NCBI GenBank assembly: GCA_003345545.1
Contig: PRDH01000044.1
Location: 32,001-96,000 of the forward strand
Reading direction: 5' to 3'
From: Candidatus Thorarchaeota archaeon
Lineage (GTDB): Archaea; Asgardarchaeota; Thorarchaeia; Thorarchaeales; Thorarchaeaceae
Length of the DNA stretch: 64,000 bases
This document shows, one piece after another, positions 1 to 8,490 of the stretch. The translations under genes were made by a program, and so were the position numbers. Numbering within the stretch: position 1 is the first letter of the stretch; each line of letters opens with the position of its first letter. The notes below the pieces were generated by a model, which saw only the letters and a program-made list of their open reading frames with translations, did not search any database and was not told where the DNA came from.

Positions 1-1
1 G

Positions 2-85
2 CTCATTGTGGAGCAAGCCGAGGAAGAGCTAGTCAGACTCATCCAACAGCTTGAGAAGGGAGAACTCCCAATCACCAGGGATTGA
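2..85 (+). CDS. 3' end of a gene running in from the window edge (unknown product)
   Basis: Open frame LIVEQAEEELVRLIQQLEKGELPITRD* ending TGA at 83-85, abutting the stop codon of the convergent GTPase gene. Confidence 0.5.
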   Translation, partial: LIVEQAEEELVRLIQQLEKGELPITRD

Positions 86-1009
86 TTAAATTCCCACTTT
101 GAAGATCAGAGCATCACGCAGGACTCTCTGAAACATTCTGAGTAGATTCTTTCCCTCAGTAGCTATTGTGGCAAATACTGGATATCCTTCTAGATCCAGC
201 ATCTGCACCATGTAATCTACTGGGAGCGCATTCGGGAGATCTCTCTTGTTCAATGACACTATGATAGGCAACATTGCCATTCGGTCAGTCCCGAGAGCAA
301 TCCGTAATTCCTGAATTGACGCAAGATTCTCGTTCATCTGTTCGGGGGTGGAGTCAGCCATGAAAATGAGTCCATCACAATCACGCAATACCTTGATACG
401 ACTGGCAGCATGACGACGTTGACCCGCGACTGTGAAGACGTCAAAAACCATTCTATCGCTCGCAGACACAGGAATAAAGTCAAAGAATGTCGTTCTACCT
501 AGCTCATCAGAAATCTCAACAATCTTCCCCTTTGCAAGAGACCGTACATTTGCAAAAAGCCATCTAAGTGCTGTGGTCTTGCCAGAGAGAGAGGGGCCAT
601 AAAACACAATCTTGATATGAACACGACCTTCCTCGTCGCGTTTCAAGACCTTTCCGGGTACAATCTCGGCAGCTGTCTGAGGGTGAATTCGAGCCCTCTT
701 TGCATAATCTACTGTCTTCTCTGCATCAACTGCTATTTCCTCTGATGATGCGATGAGTCTACCCATAGATACTCCCGCAGGAACTCGTTCTTCAAAAACC
801 TTGGTGCGAGGAACTGCCATCGTCTTCGGTTTCTTAGGAGGGCTCCCGGTGATGCCTTCAACTGGAGCTGCCGAGCCTAGTTCAGCCTTAGAGGGTGTGT
901 CTTCTTCCTTCGGCGCCTTAGAACGCCTTCCAAACCTCCTGAATATCGGCAATCTGCTCTCCGAGATTTGACAGTGCGATGGTAGTCTTAAACCTTCGGG
1001 GAACTTCAT
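86..1009 (-). CDS. MglA-like small GTPase with N-terminal low-complexity extension
   Basis: KIVFYGPSLSGKTT (G1), GRTTFFDF (MglA switch I, Arg finger+Thr), FTVAGQ (MglA-type G3), NKRDL (G4), TIATEG (G5); start uncertain (TTG at 952 possible). Confidence 0.85.
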   Translation of the reverse strand: MKFPEGLRLPSHCQISESRLPIFRRFGRRSKAPKEEDTPSKAELGSAAPVEGITGSPPKKPKTMAVPRTKVFEERVPAGVSMGRLIASSEEIAVDAEKTVDYAKRARIHPQTAAEIVPGKVLKRDEEGRVHIKIVFYGPSLSGKTTALRWLFANVRSLAKGKIVEISDELGRTTFFDFIPVSASDRMVFDVFTVAGQRRHAASRIKVLRDCDGLIFMADSTPEQMNENLASIQELRIALGTDRMAMLPIIVSLNKRDLPNALPVDYMVQMLDLEGYPVFATIATEGKNLLRMFQRVLRDALIFKVGI

Positions 1010-1031
1010 CCGCAGTGAGCTTTATCAAGAA

Positions 1032-2177
1032 ATGGCATCCCTGATGCAGTTCATGACGGACACCATCGACCGCAAGTTCATTTCAGAAACGTGGCCCACC
1101 CTCGAACATCTGACCTATCTCAATAATGCATCCACTGGCATCCCGCCCGTGGCGACTATCAATTCAATGAAGGAGTATCTGGACAATAGCGTAGAAGCAA
1201 TTGGCGACTTTGAGGATACGCTGAATCTCTTCAAATCAATAAGGATTGACCTTGCCAAGCTACTTGGCGGAGACTACTGCCAATATGGCTTTGTACCGAG
1301 TACCAGTTCAGGCGTCAACTCGTTCGGACATAGCATACAGTATCCAGCCGATTCAAACATTGTTCTGTGCGATCTGGAGTTTCCTGCTAACTATATTCCT
1401 TGGCAGAATATTAGCAAGCTCTACGGTCCAGAACTCAGAGTGGTGAAGTCCACGGATGGAGCGGCATCAGTAGATGATTTCGCTAGTGCAATCGATGAGA
1501 ACACGCGCGTCGTCGCCGTCAGTCAAATACAGTTCGGGAGTGGATTTCGAACCGACCTACGAGCGCTATCAAAGGTCACCCATGCCAACTGTGCACTTTT
1601 GTCGGTGGATGTCATCCAAGCAGCAGGATGTATTGAAACAGATCTGTCGAAACTGCATATTGATTTTGCGACAGCGCAAGCAGCAAAATGGCTTCTAGGA
1701 CCTGTGGGGGCGGGGTTTGTCTATGTGGCTTATTCAATCATTGAGGAAGTCCAACCGAGGTTTCTAGGTTGGTGGGGGGTTGAACAACTCAATGAATACA
1801 GTTACTTTGATAGGAAACCGTTGAGTGACGCGCAGAAATTCCAAGTCGGTTCGCCGGCTATGATTGCGTATGTGGGCTTCTCGGAGTCACTCAAGATACT
1901 TCTGCAGATATCAAACCAGAAACGAGAGAAGGCAGCCCTAGCGGTCGCGGACTATTTGCGGAAACGTCTGTCAGAACTTGATATCCCCCATTACGATTTT
2001 GGAGAAAAGAACAATTCGGCGATTGTATCATGCAAGCCACCAGATGTTGAGAAACTAAACGAGAAACTCATCAAAGAGAAGATCTACTGCTCTGTACGCA
2101 GCGGTCGACTACGAGTGTCACCACACTTCTACAACACGAATGAAGAGGTTGACAGATTAGTGGAGCATCTCAGGTGA
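1032..2177 (+). CDS. PLP-dependent aminotransferase class V family protein
   Basis: YLNNASTG, DVIQAAG, AKWLLGP (PLP Lys), RVSPHFYN; no obvious catalytic-Cys loop of true cysteine desulfurases. Confidence 0.85.
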   Translation: MASLMQFMTDTIDRKFISETWPTLEHLTYLNNASTGIPPVATINSMKEYLDNSVEAIGDFEDTLNLFKSIRIDLAKLLGGDYCQYGFVPSTSSGVNSFGHSIQYPADSNIVLCDLEFPANYIPWQNISKLYGPELRVVKSTDGAASVDDFASAIDENTRVVAVSQIQFGSGFRTDLRALSKVTHANCALLSVDVIQAAGCIETDLSKLHIDFATAQAAKWLLGPVGAGFVYVAYSIIEEVQPRFLGWWGVEQLNEYSYFDRKPLSDAQKFQVGSPAMIAYVGFSESLKILLQISNQKREKAALAVADYLRKRLSELDIPHYDFGEKNNSAIVSCKPPDVEKLNEKLIKEKIYCSVRSGRLRVSPHFYNTNEEVDRLVEHLR

Positions 2178-2863
2178 TTGACGTGTTTGATCAGATCAGA
2201 GAGTCTGTGTACTTCTTGGTGAGCCGTTCCTTCGATTCGAATATCACCTTCATAAAATCGAATGATCATCACATTCTGGTTGACACTGGTACTGGCCTCT
2301 ACGCGGAATCACTTGAGAATGAGCTTCACAGTCTAGGATCCTCCCTCTCTTCGATCACTGACATCATACTCACACACGCCCACATCGACCATATTGGGGG
2401 TGTGGTGCCTATTTTGGAGGTTGGCTCGCCCAAAATATACCTGCACAAAGCAGAGGCAGAGCACATCAATAGGGGAGACATGAGCTCGACCTTGAGCGAT
2501 ACCTTCGGGGCAGAATTGCCCCCACTGAGAGTGGAAGGCATACTTGAGGAGGGCTCGTCACTTGACTTTGGAAACGTGAAGATGAGGGTTTACCATACCC
2601 CGGGGCACTCAGAGGGTAGTATCACGATTGAACTCGAGGACACAGGAATCCTACTAACTGGGGACACTCTGTTTTCGGGAGGCAGTTTCGGAAGAGTAGA
2701 TTTCCCCACGGGCAGCCCAAAGAAGCTTGTAGAGTCCCTGAAACGAATCTCAGAAATGAAGTTTGACATCGGTCTTCCTGGACACATGAATGCAATGAAG
2801 TACAATGCAAAGAAGTCTGCACTGACATCTTATCAAATGGCAAAATCGATGTTCAGGATGTAA
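2174..2863 (+). CDS. MBL-fold metallo-hydrolase (glyoxalase II-like)
   Basis: THAHIDHIGG, HTPGHS, TGDTLF, PGH; 4-nt overlap with the upstream gene. Confidence 0.88.
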   Translation: MIDVFDQIRESVYFLVSRSFDSNITFIKSNDHHILVDTGTGLYAESLENELHSLGSSLSSITDIILTHAHIDHIGGVVPILEVGSPKIYLHKAEAEHINRGDMSSTLSDTFGAELPPLRVEGILEEGSSLDFGNVKMRVYHTPGHSEGSITIELEDTGILLTGDTLFSGGSFGRVDFPTGSPKKLVESLKRISEMKFDIGLPGHMNAMKYNAKKSALTSYQMAKSMFRM

Positions 2864-3842
2864 TCAGAGTATCAACCAATTCGTCCACAGCAAGATGCTT
2901 GATGGCAGTAGACCTCGTGGGGTCCTTCAGATACTCAGTTTCAATCGCCTTGATTAGGGCATACACAGTTTCGTTTGAAGGCGTGTCAATGCCAAGCTCC
3001 TTTCCAAGTCTTATGATCTCTCCTGTGATTGCATCAATCTCGGTTCGCTTCCGCGCCAGTATGTCCTGAAGCATGGAATTGATGTTATTCCCAGTGGCCT
3101 TAGCAGTTCCGAGCGCATAGCGTACAGGGTCCTTAGTCGTGAGTTCGATGCCAAGTGCATTCACGACCTCCATGGCCTCTTCGATGAGTCTGACTACAAG
3201 TACTCTCAGCTGGTGATTCTTGTAGACCTCTCCATTAGTGAGGCCTGTCAATGCTCCCACGGGGTTTATACCACAGTTCACAAGTGTCTTAGTCCAGACC
3301 ACACCTTCGATGTTTGGACTTGATTGGACATCAAAACCACAGTCCTTGAGCATTGCAGTGATCATTTCGACGAACCCATAGTTCTCAGGAAAACGCGAAC
3401 CGAGCTCTGTGAGGCCACAACCTGTCGCCGTGACGACACCAGGTGCTGTTCGGACTGCGCCCATACATGTTGTTGCTCTTAGGACTCGTGTTGTGCGGAG
3501 TGTGTCAGCCACAAGTTGCTCTGTTCCAATGCCATTCTGGATTATGAGGATGAATGCGCCCGCGTCAACGAGATGTTTGGCAGCGCTGATAGCTGAAGCT
3601 GTATCATAGGTCTTTGTGGTAAGAAGAATCAGGTCTGCCTCGGTGACCTCAGACACATCGTCAACCGCATCGAGATGAAAGAGATGCTCTCCCATGACGC
3701 CTCGGATGGTGAGACCTTTTGAACGAATCGCGGCTATGTGAGGATTCCTGCCAACAAGAATCACTTTGTTATTCTCTATAGTGCTAAGAAAAGCACCATA
3801 CAAGCTTCCAATGGCTCCGGACCCCAAAACAACAATCTTCAT
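2853..3842 (-). CDS. panE: 2-dehydropantoate 2-reductase (ketopantoate reductase)
   Basis: GSGAIG Rossmann, QNGIG, WTKTLVNCGIN, SMLQD, TEIDAITG; in operon with pok/pps. Confidence 0.92.
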   Translation of the reverse strand: MKIVVLGSGAIGSLYGAFLSTIENNKVILVGRNPHIAAIRSKGLTIRGVMGEHLFHLDAVDDVSEVTEADLILLTTKTYDTASAISAAKHLVDAGAFILIIQNGIGTEQLVADTLRTTRVLRATTCMGAVRTAPGVVTATGCGLTELGSRFPENYGFVEMITAMLKDCGFDVQSSPNIEGVVWTKTLVNCGINPVGALTGLTNGEVYKNHQLRVLVVRLIEEAMEVVNALGIELTTKDPVRYALGTAKATGNNINSMLQDILARKRTEIDAITGEIIRLGKELGIDTPSNETVYALIKAIETEYLKDPTRSTAIKHLAVDELVDTLITS

Positions 3843-4654
3843 GATTCTCTCACTCCAGCTGGTTTCTTCTGACGGAGGACACTAATATCTCGTGATAGTT
3901 CCTCAAGTCTTGATGTAATGAAACGAATTGATTGACCAAGGTTCTGATCGTTGTTGAAACTCCGAACAATCTCTTGCAACTCACGCTTCGGCTTCTTTTT
4001 CAATTTCAAGGCATACTTGACCATCAGAGGCAGTGCACGAACAACATTATCCACGATGGTGATATCAGCATAGATGGCAGTTCTGCTCATGGGATTCAGG
4101 TCTATCGCAACCACGAATTTCCCTTCGGACTTCAATGCCTCTGTTCTGTCTCCATCTTCTAGAGGGACAACCACAACATCTGCAGCCCAAATTCCCTCCG
4201 AATCGACTTTCCGGCGATTGCTGCTGAGTTCGGGGATTGTAGCGGATGGTCGGTCCCGGGTGCCTAGTACTGCTTTCGCACCAGCTGTTCTTAGCACACG
4301 AATGATGGCATCCTCTCGGTCTTCTCGATAGTAGAACAAGTTGATCTCCAGAGGAGCACGAGTGATCTCGGAGAGTGCAACCAAGTCATTAGGAACGAGT
4401 GAGCATGTATTTCCATTGACGCTTATCACCGGATGCCTGGCAAGCAATAATGATGCAACTGCGGCTTTGATGGCTTTTTCAGCCAGCTGTGTTGTCTGTT
4501 CTCCGATGAGATAGTCAAAAGCCTCACCCCGACCATGTGCAAGTAGCCCAGCAGTGGCAACGACATGGTCTGTGTGACCTGCAATAATCGTATCGCGAAT
4601 AAGTAGAGACACCTTTCGCGGGTGATCAGCAGGGATTTCTGTTTCCACCGTCAT
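3839..4654 (-). CDS. pps: archaeal 4-phosphopantoate--beta-alanine ligase (phosphopantothenate synthetase)
   Basis: HPR, AHGRGEAFDYLIGE, ISVNGN, VPLEDGDR, IDLNPMSRT, DNVVRA motifs. Confidence 0.93.
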   Translation of the reverse strand: MTVETEIPADHPRKVSLLIRDTIIAGHTDHVVATAGLLAHGRGEAFDYLIGEQTTQLAEKAIKAAVASLLLARHPVISVNGNTCSLVPNDLVALSEITRAPLEINLFYYREDREDAIIRVLRTAGAKAVLGTRDRPSATIPELSSNRRKVDSEGIWAADVVVVPLEDGDRTEALKSEGKFVVAIDLNPMSRTAIYADITIVDNVVRALPLMVKYALKLKKKPKRELQEIVRSFNNDQNLGQSIRFITSRLEELSRDISVLRQKKPAGVRES

Positions 4655-5577
4655 ACCAACCTCCCGCCAATGTGTGAAACTGAAGTCGCACTCACTTGAG
4701 ACCTGTCCCAGTATCTATCCAGGATATCAATCACGTTGCTGAACTCGCTATCATCGCAGAAGCAAAACACTGAATCACCTAACATGACCATGCTAGATTG
4801 CGAGAATCCAGCAACATCCAAGTCGTGAAGTGCATCGATGACCCTCTTTGTTGCAAGTCCGATGGAATTCGTGAAGTTCCTTGAACAAGAGATGAATGTT
4901 TTGAGGTCACGTCTTTTCATCATTCTATGAACAAGACGGTCGCCGGCCTTGTTGATTCTAGTACGGCTCTCTGGATTTGTTAGAACATCTCGGGTGTAGA
5001 TCCCTGGAGCTCCTGCAAGGACTACAGATGCGGGAGCGCTGCTTTCCATTCTCACTACTTCGCCAATGCCAGGACCGCCAGGATGAACACGAATCTCCAG
5101 ACCGCCTTTGGTCTGTGCAATGACATCACCGAGCCCTGTGTGATTTACTACCTCAGCCTCGTGCGCATAGCATGCAGCAGCATCGTAGCTCATCGCCGGG
5201 TCCAGAAGATGGCCGAGAGCAAGTGCTGTACCAAGGGCACCAGCCCCAGATGAACCAAAACCAGCACCGGAAGCGAGAGAGGACTTGTGCATAACATTCA
5301 CCTTGAGCTGCCTCTCATATTTCTGGACCATTCTTTGTACCACCGTGTGTGTTACTCGAGCATCAATTACCTCGCCATTGAAGATTGTAGTTATCTCTGG
5401 TCTGTCATTCTCAATTATGCTGACGGTTGTGTGTGTGCCAATCTCAACAGAGAAGCCTGCACCAGTAGATCCGCGCAAGAGGGGATCCTCAGCATCATCA
5501 TGGATTCTGAAGAATCCAGTTATGTGACCTGGAACGAAGGCCTGCGCAACCTTTGGCACGGTTTTTCTCTTGCTCAA
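4651..5577 (-). CDS. pok: archaeal pantoate kinase (GHMP family)
   Basis: FVPGHITGFF, GSTGAG, GAGFGSSGA, AHEAEV..TGLGDV..Q..GG, MLGDSVF. Confidence 0.92.
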   Translation of the reverse strand: MSKRKTVPKVAQAFVPGHITGFFRIHDDAEDPLLRGSTGAGFSVEIGTHTTVSIIENDRPEITTIFNGEVIDARVTHTVVQRMVQKYERQLKVNVMHKSSLASGAGFGSSGAGALGTALALGHLLDPAMSYDAAACYAHEAEVVNHTGLGDVIAQTKGGLEIRVHPGGPGIGEVVRMESSAPASVVLAGAPGIYTRDVLTNPESRTRINKAGDRLVHRMMKRRDLKTFISCSRNFTNSIGLATKRVIDALHDLDVAGFSQSSMVMLGDSVFCFCDDSEFSNVIDILDRYWDRSQVSATSVSHIGGRLV

Positions 5578-5692
5578 GGTGTGAGCTAAGGGACTCTCAA
5601 ATGAGTTGTTATTAAATATTCTTTACATAAAACAGGGTGCGTATATATATGTATATACATAACGGTTGAAGAGAGAGAATCGGGATCTGAAC

Positions 5693-6538
5693 CTACTTCA
5701 TGGGCACTAGACTTGTGTATTGTTTCACCCGTGGGTCTGCCGTTGGTGGTGCAGGATATGCCCATCGAGCATCGATATCGCGCCCGCTCAAATCAAAGAC
5801 ATTGAAGCTGCCCGAGGACCATGTCAGGGGACTGAAACCAAGGAGGAGGGTCTGTGTACGCCAGCTTGTTACCACGAGATGTCTGTTCATGCCTGCCGTA
5901 GGAACCACGAGGAAGACGTTGGAGAGTTCCATTAGTAGTGACGTACTGATTCGGTAGAAGAAGGTGTATGTCTTTCTATGCTCCTCTGTCCCTTGCTCAC
6001 GAAGGTCGTTGAGGTATCGTACGATGGTTTCGTCATGAACCGATGGATCCATAACATCCGAGAGCTCCTGAACGTCGACTACAACGGCGGTTTCGAAGTA
6101 GTAGGCAAGTGGGAACTCTGTGATGTGAAAAACGATGAACTTGTCTTTGCTAATGGCCTGGTAGAGATGCTGAAAGATGGCCTGTTTTGAATAGAGTGAG
6201 TTGGGATCAAGCGATGCCGGTGTGAAATTGTCAGATTCATCAGAAACAACTAGTCTGAACATGTCATCAAGCATATCGCCATCGTAGCCTATTCGCACCA
6301 TGTGATAGGGCAGATCTGTAGAACCCTCTTCCATTCTTCCTGTCGACACAAGAAACTCGTTGAAGTCTCGCTGAAATGTATCGACCTCATTGTCATTATC
6401 GGTCACAAAGAGCGATTGGGTAGGAGTGCCAAGAGAAGAAACAACCTTCTCATAGGACTGGAACCTTGTCTTCTTCTCGGTCTGAAATCCCTTCATGAGT
6501 TCATCCATGTTGCGAGAAGAGTCTGCCAAGTGTTCCAC
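5693..6538 (-). CDS. hypothetical protein
   Basis: 281-aa ORF filling the gap between pok and coaBC, GTG start after GGTAGGT; no family recognised. Confidence 0.7.
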   Translation of the reverse strand: MEHLADSSRNMDELMKGFQTEKKTRFQSYEKVVSSLGTPTQSLFVTDNDNEVDTFQRDFNEFLVSTGRMEEGSTDLPYHMVRIGYDGDMLDDMFRLVVSDESDNFTPASLDPNSLYSKQAIFQHLYQAISKDKFIVFHITEFPLAYYFETAVVVDVQELSDVMDPSVHDETIVRYLNDLREQGTEEHRKTYTFFYRISTSLLMELSNVFLVVPTAGMNRHLVVTSWRTQTLLLGFSPLTWSSGSFNVFDLSGRDIDARWAYPAPPTADPRVKQYTSLVPMK

Positions 6539-6743
6539 ACCTACCGAAGGTTACGTCATATGGACATTCATTGATGGCAAATCCACTGAAACAGCCGCCA
6601 CCGTTACTCCCGCTCATCCTATTTGCCTCATATATTCTTTGCCCACCTGTGTATACCTGCACAATATTAGGGTAATACAGGCGATTCCAGTGTCAGCAAA
6701 ACGTCACCCACAAGTCTTATCCGACCCCTTATCCTCATAAAGG

Positions 6744-8015
6744 ATGTCTGAAGACTATCAAGTGGTGCCTTGTCCAATGGAACATACATCCAAACTGATC
6801 AAAGGAACTCTGAGTCGAGCACTTGAAGGGAAGAGCATTGCACTCTGTGTGACGGGAAGCGTGGCTGCCGTTGAGTCTGTGGCTCTTGCAAGAAGGCTCA
6901 TGCGCCACGGTGCAGAAGTCTATCCGATTATGAGTGCAATGGCTCAGAAGATCATCCATCCCTACCTGCTGGAGTGGGCGACTGGTAATCCCGTTGTCGT
7001 CGAGCTGACAGGCCAGATTGAGCACATCACTCTAGCTGGAAAGCATAAAGGCCATGTCGACTTGGTCCTAGTCGCGCCTGCAACTGCAAATACCATAGGC
7101 AAGGTCGCAACAGGAATTGATGATACACCTGTGACTACCACAGCATCATCAGCAATCGGCGCACACATTCCGGTCATAGTAGTCCCAGCCATGCATGAGT
7201 CAATGTACGAGCACCCAGCAGTCATTGAGAACATCGAGAAGCTCAAGTCAATGGGAGTTGGAGTGGTGCCCCCGCGGCTCGAGGAGGATAAGGCGAAGAT
7301 TCCCGACACAGACGTGATAGTCGATTATGTAATAGCGAAACTGGGACCTAGGGACCTTGAAGGGAAGCACTTTGTCTTAACTGCTGGTCCGACCAGAGGA
7401 TGGATTGACAGGGTGCGATTCATCACGAATCCTTCAACAGGCAAAATGGGAATTGCAGTCGCGCAGGAACTGATTTCTCGAGGAGCATCAGTGACCCTTG
7501 TGCTCGGTCCGACCGCCCAGAAGCCCCCAGCACTTGCCGAGGTTGTGAGTGTCAATACCGCCGAGGAGATGCTGGATGCAGTGATGAAAGCTCTCTCTTC
7601 TCAGAAGACAGACTGCTTTGTTTCGGCTGCAGCTGTTTCAGACTATGTCCCAGCCAAGAAAGAAGACACGAAAATCGCATCAGGAAAGACCGACTTCGTT
7701 GTGGAACTCGTGCCTACAAAGAAGATCATCGAGGCGGCGAGAAACAAGTACAAGAGTCTCTTTATCGTGGGATTCAAGGTCGAATCAGGAGTCAGTGACA
7801 AGGAGCTGGAGAGGCGAGCGAGAGCCAAAGTAGATACAGGAATCTGCAATCTAGTCGTCGCTAATGACGAACAGAAGAAGGGAGTCGCCTTTGAAGTGGA
7901 CACAAACGAAGTACTCATCGTAGGACCGAAGGACTTCAGGGTCGAGATTCCCCTAGCCTCAAAAAGGGAAGTTGCACGGCAAATTGTAGACGTCCTAGTC
8001 AAGAGAATGAGATGA
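6744..8015 (+). CDS. coaBC: bifunctional phosphopantothenoylcysteine decarboxylase/synthetase
   Basis: TGSVAA, APATANTIGK, PAMHESM, TAGPT..IDRVRFITNPSTGKMG, AAAVSDY, GFK.E, VVAND. Confidence 0.95.
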   Translation: MSEDYQVVPCPMEHTSKLIKGTLSRALEGKSIALCVTGSVAAVESVALARRLMRHGAEVYPIMSAMAQKIIHPYLLEWATGNPVVVELTGQIEHITLAGKHKGHVDLVLVAPATANTIGKVATGIDDTPVTTTASSAIGAHIPVIVVPAMHESMYEHPAVIENIEKLKSMGVGVVPPRLEEDKAKIPDTDVIVDYVIAKLGPRDLEGKHFVLTAGPTRGWIDRVRFITNPSTGKMGIAVAQELISRGASVTLVLGPTAQKPPALAEVVSVNTAEEMLDAVMKALSSQKTDCFVSAAAVSDYVPAKKEDTKIASGKTDFVVELVPTKKIIEAARNKYKSLFIVGFKVESGVSDKELERRARAKVDTGICNLVVANDEQKKGVAFEVDTNEVLIVGPKDFRVEIPLASKREVARQIVDVLVKRMR

Positions 8016-8027
8016 TACAGCATCTAA

Positions 8028-8390
8028 TCAAAGGATCTCAAGCAAGGCTTCAGCCATCCGTTTCATATCCATGAATATGAGCCCGAGCTGAGCATCAACC
8101 TTTGCCAGGACAAGGAACACTGCGCGGTCGCCCACAGACGTTATGAGCGTGTATCCCTTGGAACCTTTTACATAGATTTCCATGAGACTTCCACGATCCA
8201 GCTCCACAGTGGCCTTCTCTCCAAGAGATGTAATCGCTGCGCTTATTGCAGCAACATTCTCCTGTTCGCTTTCGGGCAAGGCAGATGCAATCATGAGCCC
8301 GTCTGGAGACACAAGTGCAGCGCCTTCTACGCCGGGGACTGTTTCAAAATCACGGATGATTTTATTGATACTGTCGACGCGAGTGGACAT
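8028..8390 (-). CDS. roadblock/LC7 domain protein (MglB-like)
   Basis: GVEGAALVSPDGLMIASAL, AAISAA..SLG, V.GSKGY, LGLIF; ATG 8390 preferred over the 8417 ORF start. Confidence 0.92.
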   Translation of the reverse strand: MSTRVDSINKIIRDFETVPGVEGAALVSPDGLMIASALPESEQENVAAISAAITSLGEKATVELDRGSLMEIYVKGSKGYTLITSVGDRAVFLVLAKVDAQLGLIFMDMKRMAEALLEIL

Positions 8391-8490
8391 GCTAGAACCC
8401 TCTGCCAATCCGAACAAAGGCTAGTCCGTGCAGTATATATAAAACCTTATTGCAGGCACGGCAAATGCGCATTTTGATTGAAAGCACGAA

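Noticed and set aside
1032-2177. Cysteine desulfurase/selenocysteine lyase call
   Set aside because: The C-terminal catalytic Cys loop (RxGxHC or SGSAC) is absent
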